Source: Eledone cirrhosa
Taxonomy: Eukaryota
Length of the DNA: 64,000 bases
Assembly: GCA_964016885.1 (NCBI GenBank)
Contig: OZ024740.1
Span: 26,040,001 to 26,104,000 of the forward strand
Direction of reading: 5' to 3'
Shown here: in pieces, positions 16,159 through 33,548 of the stretch
How the letters are laid out: each line of letters opens with the position of its first letter
Numbering within the stretch: position 1 is the stretch's first letter
Translations under genes and position numbers: made by a program
The notes under the pieces: model-generated
What the model saw: the letters and a program-made list of their open reading frames with translations, nothing else
Told to the model about the DNA's origin: nothing
Database searches by the model: none

Positions 16159-18687
16159 TTTGAGTCTCAGTCATTGATGTTAACTGGAAAGTTTGTTGAA
16201 ATGAATATCAAGCCACTACCTGCAGCCTCAGATATTCAGGACGTATCAGAGGGTTCTTGCTGTTCCCAGGAAGCATGCCCTTTGAAGCGTTCCAAAAAGC
16301 GTGAAGGGGCCAAATTTCTTTAACCATCCCTGGAAACTTTTTGAGATAGTCCCTAGTGCGCCTATGACAATCGGGACCACTTTGACTTCATGGCAGTTCC
16401 AAATCCTTTTTACCTCCTACTTTAAGTCCTGGTATCGGTTAATTTTCTCCCTCTCCTTCTCTTTCCCTCTCGTGTCGAATGGGCAGGCCACATCCACAAT
16501 CAGGCACGATCTTTTTTCTTTGTCCACAACCACCAGGTCAGGTCTATTGTGTTTCAGTTTCATGTCTGTCTGTATATTAAAATCTCACAGCACCTTCACC
16601 TAATCGTTTTCTATCACTGACTCTGGCTTATGCTCATACCACTTCTCAGATTATGGTAAATTGTTTACTTTGCATAGGTGCCAGTGGATCACCCTGCCCA
16701 TCACATCATGTCTCCAGCCCTTATAGTGAATCTGGGCTAGGTGTTTACACTCGGATACAATGTGAGCCACAGTCTCCTCTCTCTCTCTCCACAGATCCTG
16801 CACAGTGGGCTAGCCTCCTCCTTGTAAATATGGTGTTTCAACCACTTCGTTTTGAGGGCCTGCTCCTGCGCAGACATTAACATTCCTTCTGTAGCCTTTC
16901 TAAGGTCTCCTCTTTTCAACAAGTTCCATGTCTGTGGATCTCTGAATTCAGTTTTCTCAAAGTAGGTACTGTGAATGGATTTTTACTGAAGGCTGCTCTT
17001 TCTCCTTGATGTTATTTCCTCCTTGGACATCCCCTGGTCAATTGTCCCCTCCTTCAGTACAGTTCTTAGCATTCGCTCCTTACTATCAGTCACGTTTTTT
17101 CGTAGGTTTTTTTTTCCATCTGAACACAGTCCTCTATGCTGATAAGACCTCTTTCACCTTCAGATCTCCTTAAGTAGAGTCTATCGACATCACTCCTCTT
17201 GTGGAACATGTTGTAGATAGTCAATAGCTTCCTAGTCTTCGTATCCATTTCTTTTTGTTCAGCAACATTCCATCTCAGAATTCCCGCACTGTACCTAATA
17301 ATAGACACAGCTCGGGAATTTACTGCACTTATGGCATTCCTACTGTTCAGATGTGACTTTAATACGCTCCTTACTCTCCGAATGTATTCAAATTTTACCA
17401 ATTCCTTCATTTTTTGGTTCTTGATGTCGTCAGCCTCCAGAACACCTAAATACTTTTATCCTTCTTCAGAGTCAATTTTCTTTATCATCTCACCTGTTGG
17501 TACCTGGATTCTGTTGCTTCTACTCACTTTAGCCCTCTTCATCACAAGGACTCTACACTTACTAATACCAAATTGCATACATATATCACTGCTGAAAATA
17601 CGGACAGTGTCAACAAGCACATCCAACTCCTTCTCACTCTTCCCGAAGAGCTTAAGATCGTCCATGAAGAGAAGGTGATTGATGGTAAGCCCTCCCTTTC
17701 CCAACCCGTATCCTGCTCTCACTTTTCGCAGTACACTGGTCAGGGGCATCAGGGCAAGGACAAACAACAGAGGGGACAGGCTATCTCCCTGGAAGATACC
17801 TCTCTTGATCTTCACGCTTCCCAAGGATTCTCCAGTTGATGTCAACTCTGTTTCCCAGGACCTCATACTCTTGCCCAACAACTGTCTGATGTTATCTGCC
17901 ACCTTGAAGATCTCCAGGCTTTTGGTGATCCAAGAATGAGGCACCATGTCAAATGCCTTTCTGTAGTCTATCCATCCCATGGCAAGATCAGTGTGTCTCC
18001 TCCTGCAATTCCCCATTACCATCTTATCAATAAGTAACTGGTCCTTTGTACCACGTGACTTCTTTCGGCATCCTTTCTGTTCGTCCGGTAACAAGTTGTT
18101 TGTGTGGAGGTGATGGTAGATTTCATCAGACACAATGCTCGTCAACAGTTTCCACATTACGGACAGACATGTGATATGTCTATAGTTGGTAACATCATTA
18201 CCCTTGATTCGGTCTTTCATTATCAGAACTGTGGTACCTTTTTAGTTTGTTCCGCCTCAGGGATCAAGTCGTTGCCTCTTTCTTTCCCTTCAAGCTGTCC
18301 AAACAGCATCTTCTGGTTGTTGTCGAACATGCGGTTCTGTTTAAACTGACTGACTCTGTTCTCGTATCGCCTGATTTTTGCACTCTTTGCTACAATGCAT
18401 TGCTTCAGTTCCTCTATGATAATATTTAGCTTTCTCCTCCTAGTTTTGTACTTTATTTCCAGTCTATTTTTAGTGCCTATGTTTTTTAGTGTCCCATTCA
18501 GTAGTGACTCAAGCTTTCCAATGTCATTTCTCATTTCCCTGATTTGACCACTCAGTCGTTTCTTCCACCAAGGCTCTGCTCTTTCTTGTCTGTTGTTTCC
18601 TCTCGCTTTTATACCAAGTAGTTTCCTCGCCGTATTTGCTGTTGCTTTGAGGATATTGTTGCACTGGTGAAGGCTCCTCGCCTCAAG

Positions 18688-18689
<2 letters not shown>
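16158..18689 (-). mobile_element. Degenerate, 5'-truncated, internally deleted R4/Dong-like RLE LINE
   Basis: Broken ORFs homologous to 58263-61655 (FMDD RT); ~290-bp deletion near 18238; (ATT)n on both sides. Confidence 0.9.
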
Positions 18690-18757
<68 letters not shown>

Positions 18758-19264
18758 CATCATCATTGTTGTTGTTATATGTGTTGTGACAATTATTGTA
18801 GTTCTTGTAATTATTATGTTGGTATTGTTGTTATTGTTGTTGCAAACTTTGTTGTTGTAAAGATATCACTATTATAATTATTGCTTTTGATGATGACGGT
18901 TATGATGATGATAATGATTTGAGGAGGATAAGGGGCAGGAGGAGATGGCGGAGGGGGAGAAAGGACGGGGAGAAGAAGAGGAAAACATAGAGAAGAAGGG
19001 AGATGATGTGGATGATGATGATGATATGATGAAGAACATCAAGTTAGGAATGATAATGATGAGCCTGATATGTTGGACCTCCGTCGGTTTCAATGATGAG
19101 TGTTTCAATTAATGAGATCAACAGAACAGAATGCTCGTGAAATTAACGTCCAAGTTGCTGAGCATCCCACAGACATGCGCAGTATAAATGTAGTTTTCAG
19201 GGTGCATCAAATATGGTACAAATTAATTTTACCTGTTAAAATGACAGAAGCAACATAATATAAT

Positions 19265-19447
19265 TATTTCTACTTTTGGCACAAGGCCAGAAATATCCAA
19301 GAGTATTACTGGTACTATATTTTATCGACACCGTAAGGATGAAAGCGCAGTTAACCACGGCGGGATTTGAACTGAGACCGTAAATGGCCGTAACTCTATA
19401 CTGCAAGGCTTAGCGAACGACCCTCTACCGATACTGTCAATCCATCG
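19265..19447 (-). mobile_element. SINE copy
   Basis: Same consensus; flanked by GAA(G/A)CAACATAATATAAT TSD. Confidence 0.8.
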
Positions 19448-21052
19448 TAGAAACAACATAATATAATGAGGTTTGGTTAACAACACAAGTCGGCACGAAT
19501 GAGATTCACAGCCTCATAATCGAGAGATGGGTGCCCTAACAACTAAATCAGGTACGATCACAAAAGCACAGAGAGGACAAGTGTGTGCCTATATGACGAC
19601 GTGCGTGTTTGTGAGTGTGAATATGGATTTGAATTCATATATTCATGCATATATATAATGTATATATATATATAAATCTAAAAGTATATTTCTTTATATA
19701 TAAGTTTATGAACATCTATCTAAACCCGTTTTTGATCTGAAATTTATTTTAAACATAAAATCTAGTTTAGTGACAGAGACACATAATGAGAGTATTTTGA
19801 ATGGTGGGAATGAATTACATTCCAGTTTGTTTTAGAGGGAATTTTCTAGTTGGATAGTATGAGGTGTAGGCAGCTGTTGTTCAAGTCTCTACTGCTATAA
19901 CAACCCCGAGGAAAAGACCAACTCCGTAGTTGATCTCATAAATTACATTGAGTAAATTCAAAACAATAATTTTTTTAGTAAATCTCCATGATACTTTATG
20001 GTATTTTACCAGATTTCTGTTAAAGATAAATGCGTTTATATAGAATGTGTTAGAGTCCATCAAATCAACTTTCATTGATTCAGGTTTCATCTATACTTGA
20101 TATGGATGAAAGGTGGAGTTAACACAACCGAGATTTGATCTCATAAGCGAAGGGGGCATACACTATGGTTTGTATAATCCAACATATTCCAAATTAGATA
20201 CCATTGATTTCTTACGCAGGCACAGGGAGCCAATTCTTTGTGTTCTTTTCTTTGTGTGAGACGGGAGAAAGCAGCACAGTCGATATATCGATATATCGAA
20301 CACAGAACTAGACAGGTACTTTAATTTATCGTCTCTAAAGAGATGAAAGGTAAAGTCGACCTCAACTAATTACAATATACGATATTCGCCCAACCCCAAA
20401 GAATCTATACAAATGTAGATTTAAAAATATCTATAATGATATCTATAATTATAGGAAATATTTCTAAAAGTAAAACAATATAAAGAAAACGAAGAATGTG
20501 AAAATACTAATCTACCCACAAATAGTCTTCGTTTAATAAAATACTATCCATTTCCTGTTTCTTCAATATCGGCTCCTGTTTCATAATAATTGATTAGCAT
20601 CACTCAAGTTGCGTACCAAAAGTACCAATTCCCCAGTATATCACCGTCTACATCCTCACATTCCTGAGATATGTGTCATCCCTACCATATCTCACCAACT
20701 ACATACGGCACCAAATCATTTTTAACAGTGTTTAACAAATAACCCAGCCCGAAGTCAAAGGAGACAGATAAAAACTTTCATTTAATATGAATATGTTGAA
20801 GGAAAGTCTTACAATATTCATATAAAAACAACTTGAAAGGTTATTAAAAGCTTGTAGTGATGGCATGATATGTAGTAGTGCACGGTATTGAAATAGAAAA
20901 ATAAAAATAATTCCTTTCTTGTATGAAACTCTCTTTAGCTAAGGCATTTCTGACAGTCATCTGTCTAACGGTAAAGTAATAAACTGAATATTGGGGAAAT
21001 GGGAGATACCAACAATGGCAGAGTCATCCATATTTCAATGTTCATTGAATCA

Positions 21053-21369
21053 TTGTTTCTACTTTAGGCACAAGGCCAAACTTGGTGCTTTATTTTATCG
21101 ACTCTGTAAAGATAAAAGACAAACCTAGCTACGGTTTGATTTGAAATCAGAACGTAAAGGGCCGTAATTCTATGCTGCAAAGCATGGTGTCTGACGCTTT
21201 ATCGATACTGCCAATCCACCGCCCTAATGTTCGTTAAATAATTGTTTCTGCTTTTGGCACAATGCCAACAATTATCCCAGTGTATTACTGGTACTTTATT
21301 TTATTGACCCCGTAAGGATGAAAGGTAAAGTTATCCTCGGCCTTTCATGCTTACGGGGTCGATAAAATA
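21053..21369 (-). mobile_element. Two tandem SINE copies, the second with an inverted end
   Basis: Target AATGTTCATTAAATAAT-like sequence present 3 times (21037, 21226, 21370). Confidence 0.8.
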
Positions 21370-21657
21370 AATGTTCATTAAATAATGATTTCTTTATTTC
21401 ATTAAATAATAAAAGCAAAATGTATGAGAGGAGCTCGAATACTCTCACAAGGGGAAAAAACTACTTCCTCACAGCGATTTAGTCCGTACCAGAGTCGGCT
21501 GGAAAGTTCACAAAATGACCAAATGAGGTTTATTTTCAGCCCTTCCTCTTATTATAAGAGGAGAAAATTGAACGTTAAATGAATTTTCAAAGTAATAATC
21601 TTGAAAGTATAACTGCGCGTGTGTGTGTGTGCGTGTGTGCGCGTGTGTGTGTGTGTG

Positions 21658-21704
<47 letters not shown>

Positions 21705-22280
21705 GTGTGTAACTATGTGTGCATGTGTGTATGTGTTTGTGTGTGTATGACTGTATGTGTGTGTGTGTGTGTGTGTGTGTACATTTTCTTCAAATTGGAC
21801 TTCCGTATGGGTTTAAAACTGAATAATTTCAGCCAACATAATACAGCAGCTTCAAAAAAAGCAGCAACGCATTCCATACACAGCTGAAGATAAGAGCTTA
21901 GTCAGACAGCAAGTCTCCAGATGTATAGGTAGGTAGGAATACCTCCTGATAAGTACAAAACAATGAAAGTTTGTTTAAAACGGAAATATATCCCACCATG
22001 AAATCTCGTATAATACCATTCTCCAGGACATGGGCGAAGAAAGACGAAGAATGGACAGATAACCAGATCTGTGGAGATTACTGACTGCAGACACGTCTAA
22101 AACGGCACCACAACTACTGGATGGACCGGTTACGGAAGGTCGTTTATACACATATAGATACACATTTACATATGCACACATATATAGACAAATATATAAA
22201 TATCTCTCTTTCTTTCTTCCTCTCTCTCTATCTATAAAACCCCCACCCCCTATCTCTCCCTCTCTCTATATATATATATA

Positions 22281-22409
22281 ATAGCCGTCGAAACGGTTTG
22301 AGCTCTGCCGTCGGGGTCATACTTTTTTCCTATTTCCCACTCTACTACCCTAAGTATTGAATACTCTCGTGCGTTATGGTCCATCTGGTTCCTTACCTCA
22401 ATTCCTTTG

Positions 22410-22412
<3 letters not shown>
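22281..22412 (+). mobile_element. Family A element, single arm
   Basis: TAGCCGTCGAAACGG...CCTTTGTTATA in (TA)n. Confidence 0.75.
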
Positions 22413-23405
<993 letters not shown>

Positions 23406-23751
23406 GCAAAAGTTCTATTTAAAATTGTTGGGATACAACAAGTAAATATTTTTATAACTGATATAGAGAACTCGACAAGTATTTGGAGTAGATATACGAT
23501 ATTAATATAAATGGAAACTATATTTATAAAACCATATTTATTTCATTATACATATTTCATTATACATATTTCAGATGGCTTCCAAAAATAATGGTTGCAT
23601 TTTAAAAGGGTACGTCAAAGTTTATTTATAAAACTGTTTTATATTGTATTTTGTCTGATGAAGGCATACCATAATTTAATTTGGTATCCCTGAAATATGT
23701 ATAATGAAATAAATATGGTTTTATAAATATAGTTTCCATTTATTAATATCG

Positions 23752-23752
<1 letters not shown>
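23406..23752. mobile_element. Family B fold-back element with hammerhead at 23647-23711
   Basis: TATTTTGT-CTGATGA-AGGCATACCA..TGGTATCCCT-GAAA-TATGTA-TA-ATGAAATA. Confidence 0.75.
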
Positions 23753-23782
<30 letters not shown>

Positions 23783-23819
23783 ATATATATATATATATAT
23801 AGGTACATGTATATATATA

Positions 23820-23850
<31 letters not shown>

Positions 23851-23853
<3 letters not shown>

Positions 23854-24102
23854 GGAAATGAGTCAGGACCGAAACGGCCGGAGCTCAGCCGTCGGAGTCC
23901 TGACACTTTTCCTATTACCCACTCTACTACCCATAGTATCGAGTACTCTGGTACATTATGGTCCACCTGATTCTTTACCCCCCTTCCTTCGTTATATATA
24001 TATATATAACGAAGGAAGTGTGGTAAGGATCCAGGTGGACCATAACGCACCAGAGTACTCGTTACATTGGGTAGTAGAGTGGGTAATTGGAAAATGTGTT
24101 TT

Positions 24103-24105
<3 letters not shown>
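23851..24105. mobile_element. Two family A copies tail-to-tail around a short (TA)n
   Basis: 23851-23994 and 24008-24105. Confidence 0.75.
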
Positions 24106-24177
<72 letters not shown>

Positions 24178-24529
24178 TCTGTATTTCAAGATGCCATAAC
24201 TCCACTGAATTTCATATTTAAAGTAAGGAACAGCGGGATTGGTGTTGAAATTGAAACATTTATCTCACTAGAAACAAAGAGGTAGCGAGAAGTAGAATGA
24301 GGGGGAGAGTGAGGTTAATATAACAGGAGGGAGATGGCAAAAGAGAGAAAGAGAGAGAGAGAGAGCTGGAGGAGTTGGAGACAATAGTGATTCTGTCCTT
24401 CAGCCCTTCTAATTTCAGGTTTATTGTCACTCTGTAATAAGAAGTAAAAATGTGTTAGTATCACGACATTGGAAAGGTAAGGCTAGACAACCAGGTATCA
24501 CGTAGATTGTCATTACATTGGATTGGCAG

Positions 24530-24722
24530 AGGGCGGTGGATTGGCAGTATCGGTAGGGGGTCGGACGCCATGCTTTGACGCACAGAGTTACCGCCCTTGC
24601 CATTCTCAGTTCAAATCTCGCCGAGGTTAACTTTGGCTCCCATCCTTACGGAGTCGATAAAATAAAGTACCAGTAATGTACTGGATAATTTCCGGCCTTG
24701 TGCCAAAAGTAGAAACAATTAT
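24530..24722 (+). mobile_element. Full-length tRNA-derived SINE
   Basis: GGGCGGTGGATTGGCAGTATCGG 5' end, B box, AAGTAGAAACAATT tail. Confidence 0.9.
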
Positions 24723-25413
24723 TACATTAATCTAGAGAATAATTAATGAGGCGAGCAAAATACCCTTCAAAATAACAACAACTAACAGAACAAAGCTAAA
24801 TACATAATGAATAATAGCAATACTATTAATAATACAACTAATAAAAAAAAATCATTAAATAATAAATATATAAATGAATACAAAGATGAAATATCTATTT
24901 AATTATTTCTCTAATTAAACAATTAAGTTCTTCATTTTCTTCTCCTTTGTTAATTTTACTTTCATTTTCTAACGCATTCCATTACTTAGTAAATCTGGAA
25001 TGAATGATTTCTATAATTGAATCATGTACTTTTACTATAAAACAAAAGGACACACACACACACACATACACACATATACACATGCGCGCACACACACAGA
25101 CATAGACACACATACACACACACATACACACACATACACACAAACACATACACATACACACACACACGCACAAACAGACACACTCACATAGATACATACA
25201 TACACATGTATATACACAAATTCACTAACACATACATATATACATACACATAGGATAACATCACAATATATTCAGAATTCTACACACATACGCACATACA
25301 TACATAAACAGATACATATCCCCTAACCTGTAAATATATATATATTTATACAAAAGTATGTCTGTGTGTGATATGTGTGTATGTATGCAAAGATAACCAC
25401 ACATACGGTCATT

Positions 25414-25453
<40 letters not shown>

Positions 25454-25586
25454 GTGAGGTTTTTTTTTACAAATTGAAAAATAACCGAGATGTCCTACAC
25501 GAGTGAAAGTATAAAGAAAAAGAGATGAAATCGAAAATGCAACTGGAGTCTTATTTTTTTTTTAAATATATATATTTATTTGGTTC

Positions 25587-25622
25587 CTTTACCGGTTTCG
25601 CAGTTCTTCTGCTTTTCAAAAG
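25587..25622 (-). ncRNA. Decayed minimal hammerhead
   Basis: Minus strand: CTT-TTGAAAA-GCAG AAGAA CTGC-GAAA-CCGG-TA-AAG (two core changes). Confidence 0.45.
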
Positions 25623-25673
25623 TAGAGTTGAGATGAAGGGTCTGTGGTTTTTCTCACATCCTATATATATATA

Positions 25674-25878
25674 TAGGAACGAGTAGGACGCCGACGGCTG
25701 AGCTCAAGCCGTTTCGACGGGTAATTCTGGATGCAAGCGTCCAGAATTAGCCGTCGAAACGGCTTGAGCTCAGCCGTCGGGGTCCTACTCGTTCCTATTA
25801 CCCACTCTACTACCCTAAGTATTGAGTACTTTGGTGCGTTATGGTCCATCTGGTTCCTTACCACATTTCCTTCGTTAT
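25674..25878 (+). mobile_element. Family A fold-back element
   Basis: Palindrome centred near 25735; ends CCTTCGTTATA. Confidence 0.8.
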
Positions 25879-25932
25879 ATATATATATATAGGTATATAT
25901 GTGCACAAATACAATCTGGAATTGAGACGCGC

Positions 25933-26002
<70 letters not shown>

Positions 26003-26707
26003 TATACATGCGTAAATATACACTGATGTTTGCGCCTGTCTATATAGGTGTGTATAGAAACGTGTATAACGATACACATAGACACAGTTATACATACTCA
26101 CACATATATTTGTATATGTAAGGCCGAATACCTACGCACACGAAATACCCCAACCACGCCCTATAGCCTTACCCCCAACCTTCACCTACACACCTAAACT
26201 ACATACAACAAGCAAAAATCATTCAATAGATCAAAAAAGCAATTCCCCACACGTATCCTAGCGTTAAAAATCGATCAGGAGTCCGAAAGATTTATAGCGG
26301 TGTCCGCCATTACTTAGATGAACACGTTTCCAAAAGGTTGATATAAATTGCTTCACTCTAAACTTAATTGCATAACGGCTATCGAATCTTCTATGGAAGT
26401 TTCTACGGAACAAAGGAAACAGCCAGTCAAAAAAAATCTTCCTTTGATAGGCTTTGATATGACTTTGTAAGGAAATTGCGCGAAATAAAAAAAAATAACC
26501 TGTCTGAGTATGTTTCCTCTCTTTGTATCAACTCGTCAAATTCTCCGAGGACAGAAGGCTTTAAGAAACACAACAAAAATAAAATATAAATATAAAACAT
26601 AGAGACAAATAATTTCCAGTCTGGCAATTTAAAAGTAATGATAGAGAAACCAACGTGTAGGCGTGTGTGTGTAGCTGTATGTGTGTGTTTAGATTTTGTG
26701 TATGAAC

Positions 26708-26755
<48 letters not shown>

Positions 26756-26796
26756 GTATATATATATATATGTGTCAAAATTAAATATCCCTTCTA

Positions 26797-26855
<59 letters not shown>

Positions 26856-26874
26856 GTATGTGTATATATGTATG

Positions 26875-26942
<68 letters not shown>

Positions 26943-27098
26943 GTTTCTCTATAAATCAGGATGGATTCAGTTTGAAAATGGTCAGACCATTACTCAACAG
27001 AGTACTCAATACTAGGGTTAGTAGAGTACGTCTATATTGTAAACTGTCGGGAAAGCTGTTGAAATAAATGGCAGAAGCTCAGTCGTCAGGTCTTGACA

Positions 27099-27171
<73 letters not shown>

Positions 27172-27777
27172 ATACATTCGGAGTGCCATGCTGCCAAGAC
27201 ATTTTGCAAAACAAATGCTTAAACGGAAAAAAAAAAAATGTATATATATATATGTGTGTGTATGTATGTGTGTGTGGGAGATAGAGTGTGTGTACATTAG
27301 TGTATCACATATTTGTGTGTGTGAGAGTGTGTATTCACTAACTAGACTTTACGTCATCCGGTAAAGTGAGTTACAATACTCCTTTTCGTTAAATTCTGAA
27401 ATTACCACAGAAAACACTGTTATGAAACTGTGTCAGCCACATATGGGAAGACAATGGAGATTAGAAGCTGGATATCTTCTCTGCGTCTCATGAAGAAATC
27501 GATCTAAGAGTCGATTTGATTGTAATGGACAGGCTTCAGAGTTGGTCTTCTGCGAAACACGTGTTAAGCGTGATAACAATTATATTGAACTGGAACTTCA
27601 ACCACTTTCATAATATAAACGTTTGTCAGTTTATGCCCCATACTTTATGTATGAAGCCATACAAAGCCCAGTAGGTATAATATTTTTCCAGCCTGGTACA
27701 TTTTTTCTCAATTTTCTTTTACCGAACCACTAACTTACGGAAGATAAACAAACACAGGCACATGCACACACACACAC

Positions 27778-27846
<69 letters not shown>

Positions 27847-28934
27847 CACACACGTACCCAGGCACCCACCCAAACATTCACCCATACTTACACACGCACA
27901 CATACACACTACGCGTAGAACACTCATACATACACACGACGAATTTCCACTCATTTTCAGTTGACCTAATATCGTATTATCGACCCATGGCCACAGTAGA
28001 AGACATTGCCCTGGGTGCCCATTTGTAGGTATTGGACTCCATGATTGAACCCCATCTTTGCTAATCGACTTGGTTAATAACAAACCAATACATATATCAT
28101 ATGCCTATATTTCACACTATGGGAACAACCTCTCTGCAATGATTACTTGCTTAAATACAAGCCAATGACTTGACCTGTAACAACTAACGACAAAATCTCC
28201 CCTCAATCACATACTGCCATCGCTTTTAGAATATAAGGAGAGGTTAAATGAACCATTCCTTGATCTTCCCATGTAAAACAAAGATGTAAGTCTCCATAAA
28301 TGTGTATATTACGAGGAATAGAGCAATATAACGTTATGGGAACATCTAGGTAGTTGTATTTGAAAACTAGAAATATTGTGAGAGGAAATTTAACTGTAAA
28401 ATGGAACCCGCTTGAAGGCAAATATGTCGATAAAGACTCCTATAAAGTATATAGTAGTATAGACAGTGTCATGTCTAGAAGAATCTTAAACACAGTAACT
28501 CACAAATTGCACTTAAATTTCGTCCAATCGAAATTTGTATAAAAACTCAATGGAATTTAATTACAAAAGAGACTTGATAAATAAACAAGACAAGATAAAT
28601 CAATAATATAAAAGGAGGCAATTTATATTTGAACAATAAAGCTATATTGGTTCAATATGTCCCCCAGGCTGAACTTCGCCGAAATATCATATTCAGTGAC
28701 AGACAAATAGTCATGAGACAAACACTAGAGTCTTTCCAAGCGATTAAATTGGCAAAAATAACATAAATGTGTCACTCATTGAATTGGAGATAAAAATGAA
28801 ATGCTCAGACGTAATGTGAGGCCAATGAAATAATCAAGGGTTGATGAAAACATAAAAGTCAACAATTAAATCTATTTGAATAATTTGAAAATAAAAATAT
28901 TTTTTAAAGAAACTAACCAACACATGGTGATGTT

Positions 28935-29070
28935 GCATGGCGTAGTAGTTAGAGAAATAGGTTTTACTTTCATAATGTTGTAGGTTCTATACCGCAGAAC
29001 GGGCTTTGAGCAAAGCGTTTCATTTCGCGTTGCTGCACTTCACGCAGCTTAAACACTGAAAGTCAGTCGA
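28935..29070 (+). mobile_element. Degenerate SINE of a second tRNA-derived family
   Basis: A-box-like TGGCGTAGTAGTT and B-box-like GGTTCTATACC. Confidence 0.4.
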
Positions 29071-29261
29071 ATCTGAGGTTGAATATTGCCCAGACGAGTC
29101 TATTTTCATCTCAGTCACTTAAATCTGGGATAATCTCCGGATAAAATCCAGCCTAATGTTCCATAGAAATCCAAAATTTCTTCGAATCTGATATAGAGAA
29201 AAATTGTTCGAAATGAGTAATAAAACAATATTGAATTATAAATATTATTTATATATAGTTT

Positions 29262-29452
29262 AGGGCGGTAGATTGGTAGTATCGGTAGAGCGTCGGAAAC
29301 CATGCTTTGCAGCATAGAGTTATGGCCCTTTAGGTTCTGAGTTCAAATCCTGCCGTGGTTAAATTTGCCTTTCATCCTTACGGGGTCAATAAAATAAAGT
29401 ACCAGTAATACACTGGATTAATTGCTGGCCTTGTGCCAAAAGTAGAAACAAT
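29262..29452 (+). mobile_element. Full-length tRNA-derived SINE
   Basis: A and B boxes; TSD ATTATTTATATATAGTTTA. Confidence 0.9.
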
Positions 29453-29949
29453 TATTTATATATAGTTTATATAGGATTGTTATATTTGTGGAGCGTCCGG
29501 TTGTCCAAATATTTGTTCAGAATATTATATTTTCATTAAAAAAAATTAGCTGACAATCAATCAATGTTCATCGTTCATTGACCAACAGTTCAAAATATAA
29601 ATATAAATATGATTTCTCAGAGTTCTTTCGTCACACATATCTTACATTTCAGTGATTATCGCATCAAAAAACCATGCGAAATAAATCCAACGCCGTTATA
29701 TGAGAAAGTTTGAACAATAGTTTCATTTGGGTACAGATTTTAACAAACCAATTTATGGTGAAAAGAATGAAAATGAGTGTATATAACTGGATGAAGATGG
29801 TCACTCTTACCCAGAAATGAACTGAGAAGAAGCTATCCTTGAAAGGTCGGCGGAGTTCACGTACGCGTACATCGCTTCCGTCATCTATTACCACATGACT
29901 GATGTGCCGTGCCCCAGTCTACATATCACCAGATTGAAGAGCCTCCTCC

Positions 29950-30680
29950 TTCTCTAATAGTGGAAGGGAGAGGTTCCACTGACTAGTCGGTCAATCTGCA
30001 GCCCGAACCCTTTGCATACAGGATGAGGCATGCAGCGACTTATGAGGCTACGGCATCTCCAGATATTCCTAAACGGTGTGGTCGCCGTTTCCATAGCTGG
30101 TCTCTTTGACTGTACTGAAATCCTGGGTCAAGCGATAACCAAAACTAAGCCTCTGGCATCTGGAAAGTTGTCAGGTGCTCACAACCCTCTAACAATCGGG
30201 TGATGCGGTCGGTCAAAATTCCACTTTAGTTTTACACACAGGACGAATGCAACAGAAGTACTGTCAGACTTTGGCCTTCTTGCAATTTTCTCTATGACGT
30301 GCGTCCATTCTACCTAGGTCTGAGGATATATCCCATTCCAATCTTATTCTCCATCAGGGCTCCTTACATTTCTTACTTTCGGTTTGCTTAATATCTAATC
30401 ACTCACCCACCAAAGACCCTGTAACCCTAATTAACTTTCTCGAGTCGGTAATACCGCAGGTTTCTATGTACATCATTGCATATTTTACTGTGGCTGTTTC
30501 AGTTGCTAAAGGACTACGCTCTATACTCCGAAGATTCAGTGGTGTCTTATTGAATCCAGGATCATTAAACAGATCTCCCACTCATATAATGATCAACGCC
30601 GTTACTTCCTCTTCTTCATTTTCATTTTTATTCACACTTTGAATGTCCACATCATCAGCCACTTGAACTTGAGTATTGTT
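29950..30680 (-). pseudogene. Ancient relic of an R4/Dong-like LINE (N-terminal region, internally deleted)
   Basis: PLNLRSIERSPLATETATV..LIRVTGSLVGE*LDIK..KEP*WRIRLE aligns by eye to PMNLRFVDRKKLKETTAKV..ILRATANTVRKLLGIK..AEPWWKKRLS of the 1130-aa ORF. Confidence 0.6.
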
Positions 30681-31049
30681 GCCTCATCAGGAATATAAAT
30701 GTGCCAGCAGGACTAGATTCTAATAAAACAATATAATAAATGAATGAAAGAAAATTTGATCAGCCATGTCGAAATATTTCATAGTGTAGATAAAAATTCT
30801 GAGAAAAAAAGGACGCAACAACACATTGGGTGTGTACTATAGTGACGTGTTGCTTTGTGTCGGGATGCAGCATTAATAGAAGCAAACGCAGCGAAGCAAT
30901 TAAAGTAAGAACAGATGTCGACCTGTATGATTGTGTTGCTTTTAGTGTTTATGTATACATAGATATAGATAGATATAAAGTCAATCACGCCCTCACATAA
31001 AGTCATGTTTGGTATATATACATACATATATATATATATATAAATACAT

Positions 31050-31126
<77 letters not shown>

Positions 31127-31211
31127 CATATATATACATATATACATACATATATACATACATATATACATACATATATATACATATATACATACATATA
31201 TACATACATAT

Positions 31212-31329
<118 letters not shown>

Positions 31330-31951
31330 TTATACATACACACAAATATACATATATTTGTGTGTTTGTGTATGTGTGTGTTTTGGCTGTGTATATATAA
31401 ATATATAGACAGTATTGTGTGTATGTCCATTAATCTAATTTTGCTGTCTGCGACATCATTAGTGCTATGATATTATTGTTAGTTTCTTTTCCTCTCTTTT
31501 GTATTTTTTCCCCTTTTCACGTCAGCTGTCCGTCATATTTCTAATTAATTTATAGACCAGAATTTCATTGACACTCGGCTGTAATAATATAAGACCCTCT
31601 TTAATATAGTGTCTCGGATTCCACCTGATAATATTGCTATTATATTTTACTGTTCAATGTGATTCGCCTTTGTATGGAACTTTTAGAATCCTGATCTCTC
31701 TAAATTAAAAGCTGAGGGGTAGACATAGAAATCAATACATTTTTATAGATATCTGGAGAAGAAACGTCTGGAAGTTTTATGTTGTGATTTCATTTTTACG
31801 TTGTTTGTCGTGCATAATATCATCATATCATTGCTGTTAGCAGCTATTTATAGTTTCTATATCGGAATTAACAGCAAGTAATATTTAAACTTCCTATAGG
31901 CTGACATGCGAAAAAATTCTCTTCAATTTGGATAACGAATTTTTGTGAAAG

Positions 31952-33540
<1,589 letters not shown>

Positions 33541-33548
<8 letters not shown>

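Noticed and set aside
24530-24620. tRNA gene
   Set aside because: A and B boxes belong to the SINE head; no cloverleaf, and it continues into the SINE body
27485-27570. Possible hammerhead (ATGAAGA..GAAACACGTGTT)
   Set aside because: Core is altered and no convincing stem I; too degenerate to call
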